Translations under genes and position numbers: made by a program
Shown here: piece by piece, positions 60,831-64,000 of the stretch
How positions within the stretch are numbered: position 1 is the first letter of the stretch
Layout: the number at the start of each line of letters is the position of its first letter
NCBI GenBank assembly: GCA_945865815.1
Contig: CAMBFR010000001.1
Location: 69-64,068, forward strand
Direction: 5' to 3'
DNA from: Candidatus Sulfopaludibacter sp. SbA3
GTDB taxonomy: Bacteria > Acidobacteriota > Terriglobia > 20CM-2-55-15
DNA length: 64,000 nt
The notes under the pieces: generated by a model
What the model was told of the DNA's origin: nothing
Database searches by the model: none
What the model saw: the letters and a program-made list of their open reading frames with translations, nothing else

Positions 60831-62092
60831 TGGATCTGCTTATAAAAAACGGACGAGTCGTTGATCCGGAACGGAAGATCGACCGGATCACCGACGTGGT
60901 CATCCGCGACGGAAAAATCCGATCCATCGGAACCGCAAACGACGTCGAACTGCCCGTATTCGACGCCACCGGCCTGGTCGTCGCGCCGGGTTTCTTCGAC
61001 ATTCATGTGCACCTGCGCGAACCGGGCACGGAGGAGGCCGAGACCATTCGGACCGGCGGCAACGCCGCGGTAGCCGGAGGCTTCACGGCCGTGGCCGCGA
61101 TGCCGAACACGAAGCCGCCGAACGACAACCCGTCGATCACCAGCTACATTGTGTCCGAAGCCAGGCGCTCATCCCCGGCTCGCGTGTTTCCAATAGGCGC
61201 CATTACGAAGGAACAGAAAGGCGAAACCCTCGCTGAAATCGGAGAGATGGTGCAGGCCGGTATTACGGCCATTTCCGACGACGGCAAACCGGTGATGGAT
61301 GGGCAGCTCTTCCGGCGCGCCCTCGAATACGCCCAAATGTTCGACATTCCCGTGATTGAACACTGCGAAGACCTTCATCTATCGAAGGGCGGCGTCATGC
61401 ACGAAGGGGTGTATTCAACGCGGCTTGGCCTCAAGGGAATCCCCGGCGCCGCGGAAGAAGCGATGTTGTCCCGCGACCTGATCCTCGCCGAAATGACAGG
61501 CGGAAGGTATCACGTCGCTCACCTCAGCACGCGGGGATCGGTCCAGATGGTTCGCGAGGCAAAAGCGCGCGGTTTACAGATTTCCGCCGAAGTGACTCCC
61601 CATCATTTCACGCTTACCGATGCCGCCGTCGCCGACTACGATACCAACGCGAAAATGAATCCGCCGTTAAGGTCCAGCGACGACCTCGCCGCATTGATCG
61701 AAGGAATTGAAGACGGCACCATAGACGCGATCGCGAGCGACCACGCGCCCCATCACATGAACCTCAAGATGCTGGAATTCGACAGCGCGCCGTTCGGAAT
61801 CACGGGGCTTGAAACTTCTGTGGGCCTGGCTATTACCCAGCTCAAACTTTCGATGAAACGCCTGATTGAAATGTTGTCGATCAACCCCCAAAGGATCATG
61901 AGAGTGAAGCCGTGGGGTCTGTTTGAAGACAGTACGGCGGACTTGACAATCCTGAACCCTAAACGCAAGTGGACCTTCGACGTAAAACACTCGCGTTCGC
62001 TGAGCCGCAACTCGCCGTTTCATGGGTGGGAGATGACGGGAAAGGCCGTGGCGACCATAGTAGGGGGCAAAATCGTTTATGAAGATCGCTAA
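60830..62092 (+). CDS. pyrC: Dihydroorotase
   Basis: DIHVHLREPG, MPNT, KMNPPLR and ASDHAPH. Confidence 0.95.
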   Translation: MDLLIKNGRVVDPERKIDRITDVVIRDGKIRSIGTANDVELPVFDATGLVVAPGFFDIHVHLREPGTEEAETIRTGGNAAVAGGFTAVAAMPNTKPPNDNPSITSYIVSEARRSSPARVFPIGAITKEQKGETLAEIGEMVQAGITAISDDGKPVMDGQLFRRALEYAQMFDIPVIEHCEDLHLSKGGVMHEGVYSTRLGLKGIPGAAEEAMLSRDLILAEMTGGRYHVAHLSTRGSVQMVREAKARGLQISAEVTPHHFTLTDAAVADYDTNAKMNPPLRSSDDLAALIEGIEDGTIDAIASDHAPHHMNLKMLEFDSAPFGITGLETSVGLAITQLKLSMKRLIEMLSINPQRIMRVKPWGLFEDSTADLTILNPKRKWTFDVKHSRSLSRNSPFHGWEMTGKAVATIVGGKIVYEDR

Positions 62093-63350
62093 CTGGATAC
62101 TCGCATTCAGCGTGTTCAGCGGAATCGCCCTGGCGCAGGGCGCTCAGGCGCCGGCCGATCGGATACTCGCAAATCCGAGGTTCAAGGCCGCACAGGAATA
62201 CGTCGAAAAGGATCACGATCGGATCGTCCGCGAGATAGTTCAAATCAACGAAATCGAAGCGCCGCCTTACAAGGAAACCAGGCGCGCCCGCGCATTCATG
62301 GCAATGCTCCGTGAGCACGGCCTCACAAACGTGGAGATGGACTCCGAAGGCAATGTCATGGGACTGCGCAAGGGAACCGGTAATGGAGCCCTGCTTGCCG
62401 TCGCCGCACACCTCGATACGGTTTTCCCCGAAGGCACCGACGTTAAGGTGAAACGTGAAAACACCCGGCTGCTGGCTCCGGGCATCGGCGATAATTCGCG
62501 GTCGCTTGCCGTGCTGCTTGCGATGATTCGGGCGTTCAACAGCGCGAATATCCAGACTGCCAGCGACATTCTGTTTATCGGCAACGTCGGCGAGGAGGGG
62601 CAGGGAGATCTTCGAGGCATGAAGTATCTGTTTCACGAGGGACCCTACAAAGACAGAATCCGGACGTTCATTTCCATGGACGGATCCGGCGGCGGCGACG
62701 TAATCACCACCGGGGCATTGGGCAGCAAGCGGTATAAGGCGACATTCACGGGCCCCGGCGGCCACAGCTATGGCGCGTTCGGCCTGGTGAATCCTGCCTA
62801 CGCCCTGGCAAAGGCGATGAACAAGATCTCTGCGATGAATGTCCCGCAGAGACCCAGGACCACGTTCAACGTCGGTGTCATCGGGGGTGGAACATCGGTC
62901 AATTCGATCCCGTTCGAATCCTGGATGGAAGTCGACATGCGATCCGAATCTAACCTCGAGTTGGATGAGACGGTCGCAACGTTCAGCCGCCTCCTTAACG
63001 AAGCTGTTAACGAGGAAAACAGGGAACGTTCAACCGCGCAGGGCCGGATTGAACTCGATCTTAAGTTGATCGGCGACCGCCCTTCAGGCGCGACTCCGCT
63101 CAATTCATCCCTTGTTCAGGCGGCCGGCGGAGTTGTCAGAGCATTCGGCATGACGCCCATTTACAGCATCGGCAGCACCGACTCCAACATTCCGATCAGC
63201 ATGGGCATACCGGCAATAACAATAGATTCCGGCGGAAGAGGCGGCCGCTCCCACGCTTTGGACGAATGGATCGACGTCGAAAAGACCTCCAGCGTTCGAG
63301 GAATCGCACTCGGAATGGCAATCGTGCTGGCAGCCGCCGGAGCCCAGTAG
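62079..63350 (+). CDS. Exported M20/M25/M40 metallo-hydrolase
   Basis: Signal peptide, AHLDTVFP, PGIGDN, VGEEG.GDLRG, GGHS and STDSN. Confidence 0.9.
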   Translation: MKIANWILAFSVFSGIALAQGAQAPADRILANPRFKAAQEYVEKDHDRIVREIVQINEIEAPPYKETRRARAFMAMLREHGLTNVEMDSEGNVMGLRKGTGNGALLAVAAHLDTVFPEGTDVKVKRENTRLLAPGIGDNSRSLAVLLAMIRAFNSANIQTASDILFIGNVGEEGQGDLRGMKYLFHEGPYKDRIRTFISMDGSGGGDVITTGALGSKRYKATFTGPGGHSYGAFGLVNPAYALAKAMNKISAMNVPQRPRTTFNVGVIGGGTSVNSIPFESWMEVDMRSESNLELDETVATFSRLLNEAVNEENRERSTAQGRIELDLKLIGDRPSGATPLNSSLVQAAGGVVRAFGMTPIYSIGSTDSNIPISMGIPAITIDSGGRGGRSHALDEWIDVEKTSSVRGIALGMAIVLAAAGAQ

Positions 63351-63356
63351 AGTATT

Positions 63357-63449
63357 CCTGTGGGTGCGGGGCTTCAGCCCCGTGCCAGGTTCTAACAGAA
63401 AGAACAGTTTCTCGATCCTGGCACGGGGCTGAAGCCCCGCACCCACAGG
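63357..63449. repeat. REPIN-like doublet: perfect 33-bp inverted pair of the GGGGCTGAAGCCCC palindrome
   Basis: CCTGTGGGTGCGGGGCTTCAGCCCCGTGCCAGG (63357-63389) and its reverse complement (63417-63449). Confidence 0.85.
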
Positions 63450-63468
63450 CGCCTCACAGGAAGTGAAA

Positions 63469-64000
63469 ATGAGTGAAGAACATCGGCACGCAGGAAGCGC
63501 CAGAGCAATCGGTGAGCAGCGTACCGGTACGCAGGTCGACGAGATAAAACGAGCCCTGCTCGATAATCTGTTTTACGTCCAGGGGAAGTTTCAGGAAGTT
63601 GCGACCCGCAACGACTGGTATATGGCCGCTGCGTATACCGTGCGGGACCAGCTCTTACGCCATTGGCTGCAATCCGTGCAGGACTACTACGAGCGCAGAG
63701 CGCGGACGGTCTGTTACGTTTCCGCGGAATTCCTGATCGGCCCTCAGCTCGGTATGAATCTGCTCAGTCTCGGTATTCAGAACGAATTCCGGCAGGCTGT
63801 TACTGATCTTGGCCTGGATCTCGACGATTTGATCGAACACGAAAAGGAACCGGGCCTGGGTAACGGCGGTCTCGGGCGCCTTGCCGCGTGTTTCATGGAA
63901 TCGCTTGCGACGCTCGACGTTCCGGCCATCGGCTACGGAATCCGCTACGAATTCGGAATTTTCAGCCAGGAAATCCACAATGGCTGGCAGGTCGAGGTCG
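63469..64000 (+). CDS. glgP: Glycogen/starch phosphorylase (3' end outside window)
   Basis: From ATG 63469: YVSAEFLIGP and EPGLGNGGLGRLAACFMESLATL..PA.GYGIRYEFGIF. Confidence 0.95.
   Translation, partial: MSEEHRHAGSARAIGEQRTGTQVDEIKRALLDNLFYVQGKFQEVATRNDWYMAAAYTVRDQLLRHWLQSVQDYYERRARTVCYVSAEFLIGPQLGMNLLSLGIQNEFRQAVTDLGLDLDDLIEHEKEPGLGNGGLGRLAACFMESLATLDVPAIGYGIRYEFGIFSQEIHNGWQVEV

Noticed and set aside
12984-63449. Repeated palindromes as a CRISPR array
   Set aside because: Copies are dispersed or inverted, with no regular spacers and no cas genes.

Overview
Chromosomal window of a GC-rich (roughly 58%, estimated by eye) diderm bacterium. It is most likely an Acidobacterium, inferred from the carboxypeptidase-domain TonB receptor with DUF6152 neighbours, the short PheT, and the zapA-6S-ymdB-ffh order. 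Housekeeping blocks are obgE-nadD-rsfS-(sigma54 activator)-rlmH-comF, lpxC, polA, tRNA-Val, argG, rapA, rlmN, thrS, infC-rpmI-rplT-pheST-zapBA-6S-ymdB, ffh-rpsP-khpA-rimM-trmD-rplS, the pyr genes and glgP. Accessory loci lie between them. The most notable are: (1) a GGA-rich multi-hairpin CsrB/RsmZ-like candidate sRNA at about 57.46-57.62 kb; (2) a two-gene module behind a sigma54 promoter encoding an OB-fold/cytochrome c fusion and a Cyc2-like cytochrome-porin; (3) a porin / FMN-binding protein / membrane-domain-ApbE fusion operon behind a Fur-like box; (4) a decaying defence islet after tRNA-Val (DUF262-like stub, AbiEii-type toxin lacking its catalytic segment); (5) nested REP/MITE-like repeats; (6) non-canonical starts (ATC in infC, probably also rimM) and many leaderless genes. 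No CRISPR array, rRNA or transposase was seen. All family assignments come from motif recognition, not database searches.
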